Positions 52,270-63,200 of a DNA stretch of 64,000 nucleotides are shown piece after piece. Source of the stretch: Lama glama (lineage: Eukaryota); contig CM052816.1 in the NCBI GenBank assembly GCA_028534125.1, forward strand, positions 6,078,001 through 6,142,000. Direction: 5' to 3'. Both the position numbers and the translations under genes were made by a program. The number at the start of each line of letters is the position of its first letter. Position 1 is the stretch's first letter. The notes beneath the pieces were generated by a model. It had not been told where the DNA came from and did no database searches. It saw nothing but the letters and a program-made list of their open reading frames with translations.

Positions 52270-52785
52270 CTGGGAAGTGTTGCTCCAGGTCAGTATCTTG
52301 TCCACGAACCCCCAAAGGATCGTTAGAATTCTGGAGGCTCATGAACTTGGTTGCAGAAAAATTACAGCTCTGTTTTCACTAATCTCTAGCTGTAACTGCG
52401 ATTCCCTTCAGTTTTGAATATAAAAAACAGCAGGCCACAGCATTGGCAGTGCCTGTGACTTCATCCCCAGTAGAAATCCCACATCGTTTCATGTTGTGTT
52501 GTGGTAGTTGTGGATGTCTTAACATCGTTTTTACTCCCTGCTGCTTTTAAAGTATGTTTATAGACATGCTGCTAAATCTTGTCATTTAATTCATTGAGGA
52601 TCATGTGTTATTATTTTCAAGTGTATTATTTTTAATATCTTAAATCTGTATATTAATATATTTAATTTTCTTATAATGGTATGTGTTTTAATTTAAGTGT
52701 TAAAAACATTATTCTGAGAATGATCCATAGGCTTTATCATCTTGACAAAGGGATTCATGACACAAGAGAGTTTACGGACACTGAC
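52270..52785. mobile_element. Charlie4a/MER80-like hAT element
   Basis: aaaaattacagctctgttttcactaatctcta...ttaaaaacattattctgagaa...ccataggc...catgacacaagagag. Confidence 0.65.
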
Positions 52786-52989
52786 AGATGAACGAGGCTG
52801 GTGCTGGTGACACTGGGGAACTGGTCTATAGCCAGGTCGAGGGCTGCCTGCGTAGAACTAGGATAGGCAAGTTGAGGAATGGCTAGCTCCTGGCGATGGG
52901 GAGTATGTGACAGAGAGTAAGCAGAACCGTCAGACTAGAGTCAGGAAAGCACAACAAATGTACTGGAAGGATGTTTGGTAAGCCTTTAG

Positions 52990-53615
52990 GCAGGGATGGC
53001 CAACCAGTGGTCCAGAAAGAAAATTCTGTCAGTCAGTGTGTTTCCTTGGCCTCCACACATTTTTTAAGACAAATGTTCCTACCATCAAACAGGGAGCATG
53101 CTCTGTTCCTTCCCAGTGCCTAATACTTCCTTTCATTTTTGTATTGAACAATCGTTGATTGATAATATTGTATCAGTTTCAGGTGTACAGCATAGTGATA
53201 ACAATATTTTTATAGATTATACACCACTTAAAGTTATTGCAAAATCATGGCAGTATTTCCCTGTGCTGTACGATATACCTTGTTGCTTATCTGTTTTACA
53301 TGCAGTAGTTTGTATCTCTGAATCCCCTACCCCTGTTTTGCCCCTCCTCCATCCCTCTCCCCACTGGTATCCATGGGCTTACTTCTCAGCCCTTACTGTA
53401 CATTTGCCTTTCCAAGCGGAAGCTTTCCTTTCCTGTAGATTCTTTCTTCTTGTTAACAACCTTTTCTTTTCCATTTAGAAAAGACCCTTTAACATTTCTT
53501 TTAGGATAGGTTTAGCACTGATGAACTCTAATACCTCCTTTTATTTTATACTGAGCCTTCTTCATTCATTTATGCTATGCCATGCTCCTATAAATATTTG
53601 GGTTTGCAACCTTGG
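52990..53615 (-). mobile_element. MER102-like hAT-Charlie, split by an L1-derived insertion
   Basis: Termini cagggatggccaacc ... tttgggtttgcaaccttg; cttcattcatttatg motif. Confidence 0.55.
53135..53528 (-). mobile_element. L1-derived element: ORF1 C-terminus and inter-ORF region fused to 3' UTR, no ORF2, with TSD
   Basis: Minus 53475-53528 encodes EFISAKPILKEMLKGLF*; 3' UTR tttcaggtgtacagcatagtgat...ttccctgtgctgtac; flanking repeat ctaatacttcctttcatttt / ctaatacctccttttatttt. Confidence 0.8.
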
Positions 53616-54257
53616 AGAAACTGGTAACAGAGTTTGTTGGAAAACGCAGTGAGTTTCACCATGATGAGGTGTATGTGTCTGTGGCCCTGAATAGATTGAA
53701 AGCTCCATGTGTTGTGAATTATTTTGGCTCCAACATCTTCAACACCAAAAATTTGTCAGTAGCTTGTAGGACCAGGGCCAAAGCTGCAGTCTCCACAGTG
53801 ACAGGGACACTCAGTGCTTGAAGTACTGAGGCATCAGACACAGGAGGAAGGGCAAGGACTCCAGAGCCAGGAAAGTGTTCAAATCTGAGTCTTCCTTGCC
53901 AGAAAATGAAGAAGTAAAATGGGAAGATTTTAGGTAGACGTAAATTAGGGGAAGAAATCAACTAGAGTGGAACTGACCAAATATCTACCTTGCCTTTTTG
54001 TCTTTAATTTCCCACTTGAAATATTGGTTCCAGAGTCTGAGGCAAGATTGAACTTGCAAATGGGGTCAAGAGCAGAGAAAAAGGGACCAGGCAGGAGTTA
54101 TGGCCCATATCAGAGAGGCATTGCCTGGCTAGTGTCTGCCATGTTGAAAGCATGGCGTGAAGGTCTATAGCTGCCGAATAAATAAATAAACTATGTTAGA
54201 CACTGCTTCCTTGTGTGGTCTTATGGTGGATCAGAGATCACAAAAATCAAGTGTCCA

Positions 54258-54418
54258 GGAGGGTAGGGTATAGCTCAGTGGTAGAGTGCATGCCTAGCAC
54301 TGGGTTCAATCTCTTGTACCTCCATTAAAAATAAATACATAAAATAAATAAACCTAATTACTTCCCTACCAATAGAAAGGAAGGAAGGAAGGAAGGATGA
54401 ATGGATGGATGGATTAAA
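54258..54418 (+). mobile_element. tRNA-derived camelid SINE (Vic-1-like)
   Basis: A box tagctcagtgg (54271), B box ggttcaatct (54303), A-rich tail with (GGAA)/(GGAT) repeats; TSD aaaaatcaagtgtcca (54242) / aaaaatcagatgtcca (54419). Confidence 0.85.
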
Positions 54419-55370
54419 AAAAATCAGATGTCCACAGAGACTAGTCAGGAAGTGGTGTCTGTCCGGTGCTGTTGACTGTTGCAAATGATCCCTGCCCCAT
54501 CTGAAAAGGGACGGCAGCTACTCAGCTCTCGCCAGTTGGTGTCATGAGGGTTTATGAGCCTATTAAAAGGAAAATGAGCAAGCTTCTGATTTTTCAAGAT
54601 CAAATATAATTTTTTAAAATGTTAAATCTCCCTAATTTAAATATTGGTCAGTCATTTGATTTTAAAAATAAAGCAAACCAAAATAAAATGCACATATAGA
54701 AACCACTACTGGCCCAAAAAATTGACTTTACAGATGGTTTATGTACTCACGCCCATCTCTTTCAGTATTTGGCAAAGTATAAGATTGGGTGAATGAGGCA
54801 TTCCCCTAGGAGGTAAAATTTGAGATCGTATTAAAAAGCTCAGTAATCAAGATAAATCATATTTGAAAGAAATATTTTCCAAAATAATCAGAAAAAACAG
54901 TGTCATGCAGACCAATGTTAAAGCCTGAAGACAAAGAATATGTTAGTAATATTGATCTTTATTTAAAACTGAGATTTCATTTACCATGGATTTTCAGCAT
55001 TCATTTTTATCTTTTAAAATGTATTGCATTAAAATATTATGTCTTGATTACTGAAGTTTTAAAAGTTTTAGATGCATGCTGTGTGTTCATTTCCCACACC
55101 TATAAATTGAGGGAGATGGGCAGATCAGTGTTTCAAAAGCTGCTGAAACCAAAATGACAGAGGGAACTTTATATAAAGTTTCAAGTTCCTGTGTCTGACT
55201 CCTGGAGAGTGACTTCTTAGGCCTGAGTGGGTTCTGGAGAAAGATACGTGTCCAAAGGGACCCCTGATAATTGATTCTGTTTGGAAACCACTGAGTTAGA
55301 TGATTTTTTAGGTCCCTTAGAGCTTTAATATCATAGAATTTTATCTTATGTTCTTTTTTTCTGTTTTCAG

Positions 55371-55401
55371 TGCTAATACCTCTGGGATCATGATCCATTA
55401 A
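55371..55401 (+). other. Candidate 31-nt exon with stops in all three frames
   Basis: tgttctttttttctgttttcAG|tgctaatacc...ccattaa|GTCAGT. Confidence 0.25.
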
Positions 55402-55832
55402 GTCAGTAGCATCTTTGTGTCAATTAATTTGGTTGCTTGTTTTTCTCTTAATTCAGAGGACCCTGGAGCACAGGACCTGGGGGAGGGGGCTGATGGGAGG
55501 AGAGCGAGCTCACTAAAGGGCATCCCCTCAAAGAGGCTTCATTGAATCTAGGGGACCAGAAATGCCCCTTGGTTCAACCATGAACGACAGGAAATTGCTT
55601 TTAATCAATTTGAAAATAAATGGAAGTGAATGCCAGAGCATCCTCTCTGTGAAGAGATGTCGGGAACACTTTCAATCTTTTATCTTTCCGAAAACAGCAG
55701 GAGGAACGCCACTGGAATCAGCCCTGTAATTTCTACTCAGTAATTATACCTGTCACCACTTCCGACAGAGCAGATATAAATAGCCACTTATCTTACTTTT
55801 TTCTGCTTTTCTTTGTGTTTTTCCTTCTCCAG

Positions 55833-55840
55833 CCACCAAA
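55833..55840 (+). other. Candidate 8-nt microexon (12 nt with the alternative donor at 55845)
   Basis: cttactttttctgcttttctttgtgtttttccttctccAG|ccaccaaa|GTAGGT; ~40-nt pyrimidine tract containing UGC. Confidence 0.35.
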
Positions 55841-56384
55841 GTAGGTGGCTGATGCTAATACCTATGCACGATGCAGAACATTCACGGAAAGTGTGTGCCT
55901 AGACCTTAGACCAGGTTTCGGAAAGCCACATGCAATGGATTGGGAGAATCTCATTTGAGCAAAAACTCTGGTCTCATGATTTATGGCACGTGACAGGGAG
56001 ACACAGGCACTGAGGGAAGGGGTTTTGCTTTCCATTTCTATTTTCATTTCGCTCCCGGTAGGGATGTGCACGTGCACGGTGCCTGCTGTGCTGTGTGTGT
56101 TATTGCTCCCACGTACCTGGTCTCCTCTGTGCCCGAGTGACTCACTGGGAGAAAGCCAGGGCCTCCGGGAGGTGGGTTAACCCTTTCATGTCTCTGAAAA
56201 GCCGTGTCAGGATGTCACTGTCCTGAGGTCTGGGCACAACAGAAATGTATCCAAAAATTATTCCTTATGATGCTGGTTATAATTTTTGCCAGTAATAATA
56301 CTGATTCACAGCTATATAGGGCTTTTACTTGTTCTTCAGAGGGATTTGACATCATTTATTTTGGAACCTCCCATTAGAATAAAC

Positions 56385-56590
56385 GTGTTATGGTGGAAAG
56401 AAGATGAATTTTGAAGTCAGACATTCTGGCATTGAAATTTGGGCTTTCCTACTTGCTTGTGGTGAATTTAGGTGAAATAAATGTTTCTGAGACTCAGACT
56501 TCAAATCTGTAAAATGGGGATAATAATAATGCTTAACATCAGGGCATTTCTCTTGGAGAATGATATCAGGTGACATTGGGTAGAGCCTGC
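56385..56590 (+). mobile_element. MIR SINE
   Basis: ttttgaagtcagac...ctcagacttcaaatctgtaaaatggggataataataatgc. Confidence 0.8.
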
Positions 56591-56604
56591 CATGGTCTGT
56601 CACA

Positions 56605-56790
56605 TTAGTTCTAAAATTTTGGTGGCATCAGACTCACTGGGAGGGCTTGTGAAAACAGAATGTTGGGCCCCATTTCCAGAGTTTTCGATAGTGTAGTTCT
56701 GGGGTAGGGCCTGAGAATTTGCATTTCTATCTTGTTCCCAGATGCGGCTGCTGCCACTGGTCCAGAGACCACACACTTTGCAAACGACTG
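56605..56790. mobile_element. MER5A (hAT-Charlie)
   Basis: gcatcagactcactgggagggcttgtgaaaacaga...gggcctgagaatttgcatttcta...ctggtccagagaccacac. Confidence 0.85.
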
Positions 56791-57449
56791 GTTGACAATT
56801 CCTCGACACATGTTAGGTTTCCTAGTTTTATATATTTAATAAAAATTCATTCTAAACACCCTCCATGTTTGAAGCAATGTGCCTGATACAAAGAAGAGTA
56901 TGAGACAGATAAATTTCTTCCGTATTAAAACATACCCTATTGGGGAAGACAAATTTCTCCCCATCACCACTTTAAAAACAGTTGGCATATTCAAGGAACT
57001 AAGAGCAAGGCGGTAAGGGTTGAGTGGGGCTGAGTGATATGAGAGGGTAGGGGAGGCAAGTGAGATGCTGCCCCTGCCACACTCATGGTCTAGTTTGTAA
57101 TTTGCATGAGTGATGTTCAGGTGAACCCTCAGAGATGGAGCCCGGTATTGTGGGATCTGTAACATGTATTCTAAGGACTCAGTAGAGAATGGGTATAAAA
57201 TTATGAATGTAAAATTAGGGATAGAGCTGTGAAAGGAACCAACGTGAAATGTCAGTTGGCTTTTCTGGCTTCCCGTACATCCTCCTCCATGCGTACCTTA
57301 AAATGTATGTGCAATCTGGGTCCCTGATGTCAAAGCATCTATTCATGGCTGATCAGATCCATCTGACCTACCTGATCTAGAGGTAAAAGCATCTGTGAGG
57401 TATTAGAAAAAGGATGCAGAGGGCAAGAATGTTCTGGGAAGAGGGACCC

Positions 57450-57560
57450 TGGTTGTCACAAGTGGGCAGGTGCTACTGGCATCTGGAGGTCAGAGATGCT
57501 GCTAAACATCTTACATTACACAGGACGTCCTCCACAACAGAGATTGGTCCTGCCTCTGTC
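57450..57560 (+). mobile_element. MER20 fragment
   Basis: ggttgtcacaa...tgctactggcatct...gatgctgctaaacatcttac. Confidence 0.75.
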
Positions 57561-57885
57561 ATAGGGCAGGGATGCTCTCCAAGCAGGAGATCCAGGTAGG
57601 AAATGACTGAGGTTCCATGATTTTGAGAAGCAGCTCCCTCCTTTCCCCTGCTACTAAGCTCCTGATTCTTCTCAGCTGTGGAACACTCCTCTGCAGATGT
57701 TTTCATGGCTGGCTCCCTCACTGTGGTCAGATCTTGCCTCAGGGGGTTCCATCCTTGGATGCCTTCCCTAACTACCCACCCTGTCTAAACTAGCCCCTCA
57801 CTTTCTTGTGTCTCTTAATCACTTTTCTTGCTTTCTTTTTTTTCTAAGCCCTTACTATCTGACATCACAGTATATTGCTTGCTTG

Positions 57886-58045
57886 TTTTTATGTATGTAT
57901 GTATTTATTAATTATTGTGTTAGTTAATTATTTTATTTTGGTGATGGGGGAGATAAATGTGTTTGTTTATTTTTAGGGGCGGTCCTGGGGACTGAACCCA
58001 GGACCTCGTGCATGCACTCTACCACTTAAGCTATACCTTCCCCCC
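57886..58045 (-). mobile_element. tRNA-derived camelid SINE (Vic-1-like) nested in an L2 (~57640-58250)
   Basis: Reverse complement ggggaaggtatagcttaagtggtagagtgcatgcacgaggtcctgggttcagtccccagg followed by an A-rich tail. Confidence 0.85.
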
Positions 58046-58999
58046 AACTTTTTAAATTTTTAATTTAAAAAAATTTGATGTATTTATTATTAGTTAATTA
58101 TTTTATTTTTGCTTGATTGTTTATTGTTGGTGTCCATCTTACAAATGTTAAGTCTCATTAAGGCAAGGACTTTGTCTTGTTCCTTTCTCTAACCTCAAAA
58201 CCTTTTAACGTTCTTGGCACATAGTAGGTGCTTAATAAATTAGGAAACAAATTTGATTGACGTGGTAGGGTCATTGAGTAAGTGCTCAATGAATACAGAC
58301 TCTTGTTACTAGCATGGTAATCGGGGTTACGGTGTCTACTTAGACTGCAGTGTGATGCTGACCAGGATTCTCATTATCTCAGCCTTTGGGAGGAGGCGGC
58401 TGATTCTCCCTCCCTTAGCCCTGTGGCTTGGCACCAGTCTCACATTTTTCAGTGTCTGCTTTGAGAATGAAGCTGACGGGCACTAAAGGGACTGCCATCC
58501 ATCACTCAGTCCTTCCATCACCCGCTCTGCAAATGACAACCTCTGACAGGGAAGTAGGGGGAGCTGATTCGGAATTAATGTCCTGCATCTGGAGAGAGGC
58601 ATGTTAAGACAGCAAATATTCCGGGAGCAAATCCAGACTGTCAGATCAAGGACAGAGAGGCAAACCCGGATGCCCTGACAGAGCTTAACTTTGCACCTGG
58701 ACAACTGCTTTGGGTAAGGCCCTCGAGTAACTGCAACTTAGATCTTATTTTTTTAAATTGTAGAAGGGAGAGAGAACCCTGGAAATGGAAAATTGCCCAG
58801 ATGGCCCCTTAAGACATGATCCTGAGCAGTACATGAAATGAACAAAGGATAGAATCAATGCCATTTATTCAGCAGACATTTACTGAGTGCTTGCCCCTTG
58901 CCAGATCCTGTGAGGAAAGTGTTATTGTGGTTTCCAAGAATGAAGAGGAGTCCCAGAAAATGTAATAATTTGCTCAAGGAAGAATCAACCAGTTAGTGG

Positions 59000-59420
59000 C
59001 TATTCTTCAAACATTCACGCTCGTTCTTCCTTCAGAGCTTTTTGCACATGCTGCTCCCTCAGATTGATCCACTCTTCCTCTAAGTCTTCACATGACTGGC
59101 TCCTTCTGGCCTGCAGGGTTCAGCTTAGCTGCCACCTCCTCCTGGAGGCTCTCCCTGATCCTGTTATACAAAGTCTTCTCTCTCTTCGCTCTGTCTCATG
59201 ATTTTGCTTTATTTTTTTTAATCATTGCTCTCACTATTTGAAAATGACCTCTATGCATCTATCATCCATCCATCCATCCGTCTATCTATTCATTTATCTT
59301 CCCAGAATAGCCTGGAACCTCCCTTAAAGCAGAGACTTCTCAGTTTTGTTTACTGTTTCCTGCACTCAAATTAGGACCAGCACATAGGAGCTGCTCAATA
59401 GATACTTATTGAATACATCA
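59000..59420 (+). mobile_element. L2 3' end nested in a MIR
   Basis: tttgcacatgctgctccctc...ccacctcctcctggaggctctccctga...cagcacataggagctgctcaatagatacttattgaat. Confidence 0.75.
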
Positions 59421-60544
59421 GTTAGTGGTGATGGGCTTCAAATATGTCTGCAGACCAGTCCTACATTCCTGAATGTTCATTGTCCTGTGTCTTGAAAAGC
59501 CCTATTAATGCCCCAGACTGACAGTAAGTGAACTTGTGAGTCACTTTCTCTCCTGGCTTCTGTTTCCTCGTCTTTACTCTTCCAGATGCAGAAGGTTGCT
59601 CTGAGACACCAGTTAATGCTTCAGAATTTGTGGGGTTTTGGTAAATCTCAAATACTAGATATTGTGGAACATTAAGGTGGTATCAGAAAGACAGTGTGGG
59701 GTGCCTAGATAGTTCTGAGTTCAAATTCTGATTTCACTACTTATCTATGCCATCTTTGGAAACTTTCTGAGATGCTTTGGTACTAGGTTTCTTGTCTGTG
59801 AGGAAGAAGTAATGATTCTTTAGGAGGTGGTTGTGGAGATTACACAGAGTGGTGTGTAAAAGATACAGAGAGATTCCTGGCATGTGGGAGACACTGGACA
59901 AATGTTTCTCTTAAGAAACAGCATCTCCAGCAACATTCCTAGTAAAATGCAAGAGCAAGTATTCTATAAAATGCCTGTCAGTGCTATATAATTCCACAGT
60001 TCGTATCAATGGTCAGTTCTCTAAGAACAACAATAACAAATAATCATTGTGGTCCAGATGTACAGCTCCCCAGTGGGGTGGCTGGTCTGAGGGTGGGGTT
60101 AGGACATTAAGAGGAGTGCCAGTTCTGTGTGTCCTCAAGCAGTCTTGCATGTACGTTCTTGTTCAGTATAGAACTTGTGCTAAACTCTGGGAAGCTGCAA
60201 ATTCTTGGGCCTCACCAAGAACGCCATTGCCACTAGTTAAGGTCAGATACTTAGGCATTGGAAGTCAACAAGCCTAGGGCAGATCTGATGCCTTCTTAAG
60301 ACACTGAATCATTTGATGAGGATGGAGGCCTCATATCGCACAGCTCCAGGACTAGGAGGGACTAAGACCAAAGATTTCCTCAGCAGACAATCCTTGGTCT
60401 ATGAAAACCCTAGACAAACCGACACTGAGGCCCCCCGAGTTTGGGCACCATGGAGCAGAATTCTAGAAACCATGTGCTGGTGACTGTCATAGATTCTGTG
60501 GTCATGAATTGGGGCTGTCCCCATAAGCCCTATAAGCAAGACTT

Positions 60545-61040
60545 TGGTGCATTATTTATCTAGTACTCTGTAACACATTACTCTAAAACCTAGTGGCAGG
60601 AAACAACAGACATTTATGATCTCACAGTTTCTGTCGATCACAGATCAAGTAGGATCTTCGATGGATAGTTCTGACTCAGGATAGTTTAAGAGATCGCTGT
60701 TGAGATGTTGGTTGGGGCTGCAGTCATTTCAAAGCTTGACTTGGGGAGGATCTGCTTCTAAGAAACAGCTTACTCATGTGGCTATTGGCAGATACCAGAA
60801 ACCCCACCTGCAAGCTCACTTACGTCAGCCATTCCATAGGGTTGCCTGAGGATATGGTGGCTGCCTTCCTCCAAAGCAAGTGATCCAAGAGGGAGCAAGA
60901 GAGAGAAGCAAAGATGGATATCCCAGCGTTTTTGTACCCTCATCTCAGAGATGACATCCCATTACCTCTGGGGTATTCTGTTCATTAGAAACTAGTCCCT
61001 AAGTTCAGTCCACATTCAAAAGGAGAGGATTACATAAGAT
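60545..61040 (-). mobile_element. MaLR solo LTR (MLT1F-like)
   Basis: aaacaacagacatttatgatctcacagtttctgt, ggggctgcagtcat, caagtgatccaagag, cagtccacattcaaaaggagaggattac. Confidence 0.8.
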
Positions 61041-61153
61041 CCTGTCACATCCATTTATAATTTTATTTGATAAAAATTGCCCCTGCTCCAAACAAACAAA
61101 AACAAGTAAGAACAACTTCCGTAGACTACGGCCATGATAATCTTAAGGCTAGA

Positions 61154-61335
61154 GCAGTGGTTCTCAGCCTTGAGTACACATTGGAATCACCTGGGTTGCT
61201 TTAAAAAAGACCACTGTCTGGGCCCCACATCTAGAGAATCTTATTTGACCAGTGTGTGATGCAGCAGGGGAAGTGAGATTTTTCAGAAGCTCCCAAAATG
61301 ATTTTAACTTGTGGCCAAGATTGAGATCCACCAGC
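61154..61335. mobile_element. MER5A-like hAT-Charlie
   Basis: cagtggttctcagcctt...cattggaatcacctggg...gctcccaaaatgatttt...ccaagattgaga. Confidence 0.8.
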
Positions 61336-62319
61336 CTAGAATATTTTCCCCGGGAGGTTATTTCCCATCCCTTGCATGACTGTTTAAAACGCCTCCATAG
61401 CCCATTGTAATAACACCAAACTTTGAATCTTGTGACACCATAGTGAACGCTCGGAGATAAACTAGTTGTGAAGTGTAATAAAATAATAAAATGAATTGAT
61501 CTGCTTATGGCATTGTTAGCACTGAGCCAGCTCAGTGTTGTGAGATGTTTGAGAATGTTTGTCAAAAATGACTTTGGTTTCAAACCAGTTGAGATTTGAA
61601 GCCTTTTTTTTTTATATATATACAACATTTCAGTAGTAGGGCTGGTGGTGTATTGAGGACGTGCCTGGCTCATGAAAATCAACCCTCATCAGGAATGTTA
61701 CTGGAAAATGCCCTTCTGTTTATGTACTGTATCAGGATAACCTGCAACTAGCTTGTCTAGGAGTAGTTTGAAAACAAGGAAATACTGATTCTTAAAAGAA
61801 GAGGTCTCTCTTTTATGCCTGATTGAACCATCATTTGATCCAACAAGAGATATTTCCCCACTGTGGGTCCTGCTCTCTCAATGGGATTAAGATGACCATC
61901 TTATGTACATATAACTGGCACAGTGAAGAGGGAGGCATTATGATGAGGTCGAGCAGCTCAGCTCAGTTTTTAAGGGTTGATTTTTGAAAGGAGTTAATAA
62001 AAGAAGAAAGGAAATAGTCATGTGAGCAAAGCAAATCTAATCCACAACTAAAGGCAACCTAAATTATAAAAAAGAGATTAGAGGAAAAACTAATGATAAA
62101 AACTGCAGCTACCACCTGTGCATTAACCACAGAGATTACATAATGATGCTTAAGAAACAGGGGAACAAAAGTGATACCCATGCCTGTTTCACAGATGCGC
62201 TTTGATGCCAAGACAGGTATGACACATAAAGGCATGAACAGAAAGTGAGTGATACTTCTCACATTGGAGTCACTAATTGTTGGGTGTGGGTTATAAAAGC
62301 CATTATTGTAATTACTGCC

Positions 62320-62510
62320 ACAGCCTCCACTGAACCAACTAGGGGCCCAGTTACTGTATCGCCTGCTCTATAAACATTATCTCATTTAATGCTACAATAG
62401 TTCTGTGAATTAGGAATACCATTTTTATTTTACTCATGAGACAGTTGAAGCACCAAGAGAGTAATGTGTCCAAAGTCATACAGCTAGAATGTGGCAGAGC
62501 CAGGGTCATT
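62320..62510 (-). mobile_element. MIR SINE
   Basis: cattatctcatttaat...tccaaagtcatacagctagaatgtggcagagccagg. Confidence 0.75.
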
Positions 62511-63041
62511 TTTGTGAGCTGGGTTTGAGCTTATTTTGCCCATTCCTGTGATTCTGAGTTACTGGGTCAGTAGGGTTTCATGATTCTGAAAGCCGAGTTC
62601 TTTTGGCCTCATAGTATCTCATGACCCCTTGGCTCTTGGGCACAGAGTGGAAGGATGTAAGAAATGCATACTTTTTATGTTGTGTCTTAAAGACTTCTTC
62701 ACAATATGATAAAAGTCCAGTCATGGTAAATAGCTAAACAGTCCTGGATCTAAAACTGAACTGCTGCTTAGAAAGACTGTTGACTTGAGCGATGCAAAAT
62801 GCAGTGTTCAGGGAGGGAATCATCATGTGTTTTAGATGAGATTTATTGTTAGTCAATCTGCTTGCTAGGATTAAGGATAATATTAAAAATGTGCTATGAA
62901 TCTTCCAAGTCATGTCAAGGGGCTAAGGTAATTCTAAATGATCCAAAATTGGGATAGAAGGTGGAATCGGAGGAACAGTCTAGAAGATGCAGTCACTTGA
63001 TCTGAGCCTTGTCTGATGTGTAGGATTTCTAGAAGCAGACA

Positions 63042-63200
63042 ACAGGAGTGCTGATGGGCTGGAGCTGGCTTCTAAGAGCTGAATGTGCATATCTCTTCCC
63101 AAATCTGCATTCACTGACACCCAGCTGGTAGTATGATATTGGCCATAGTGAAAGTATTTACATCATGTAAATTGGTAAACACTGCAAGTCAGTATCAGTT
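63042..63200. mobile_element. MER63A-like fragment within an L2 (~62900-63900, minus)
   Basis: ggtagtatgatattggccatagtgaaagtatttacatcatgtaaattggtaaacact is similar to 45670-45725; flanking L2 gagattggatatggg...ggaatttagtaaacttgataa. Confidence 0.6.

Noticed and set aside
53098..53478. 126-aa plus-strand ORF
   Set aside because: Antisense read-through of an L1 3' UTR/inter-ORF fusion.
54258..54325. tRNA-like sequence (also 57975-58045)
   Set aside because: No complete cloverleaf; followed by a SINE tail and flanked by a TSD, so it is a SINE.
61164..61682. 172-aa minus-strand ORF
   Set aside because: Its 3' third lies in a MER5A fossil; no recognisable domain, coding-like composition or splice context.
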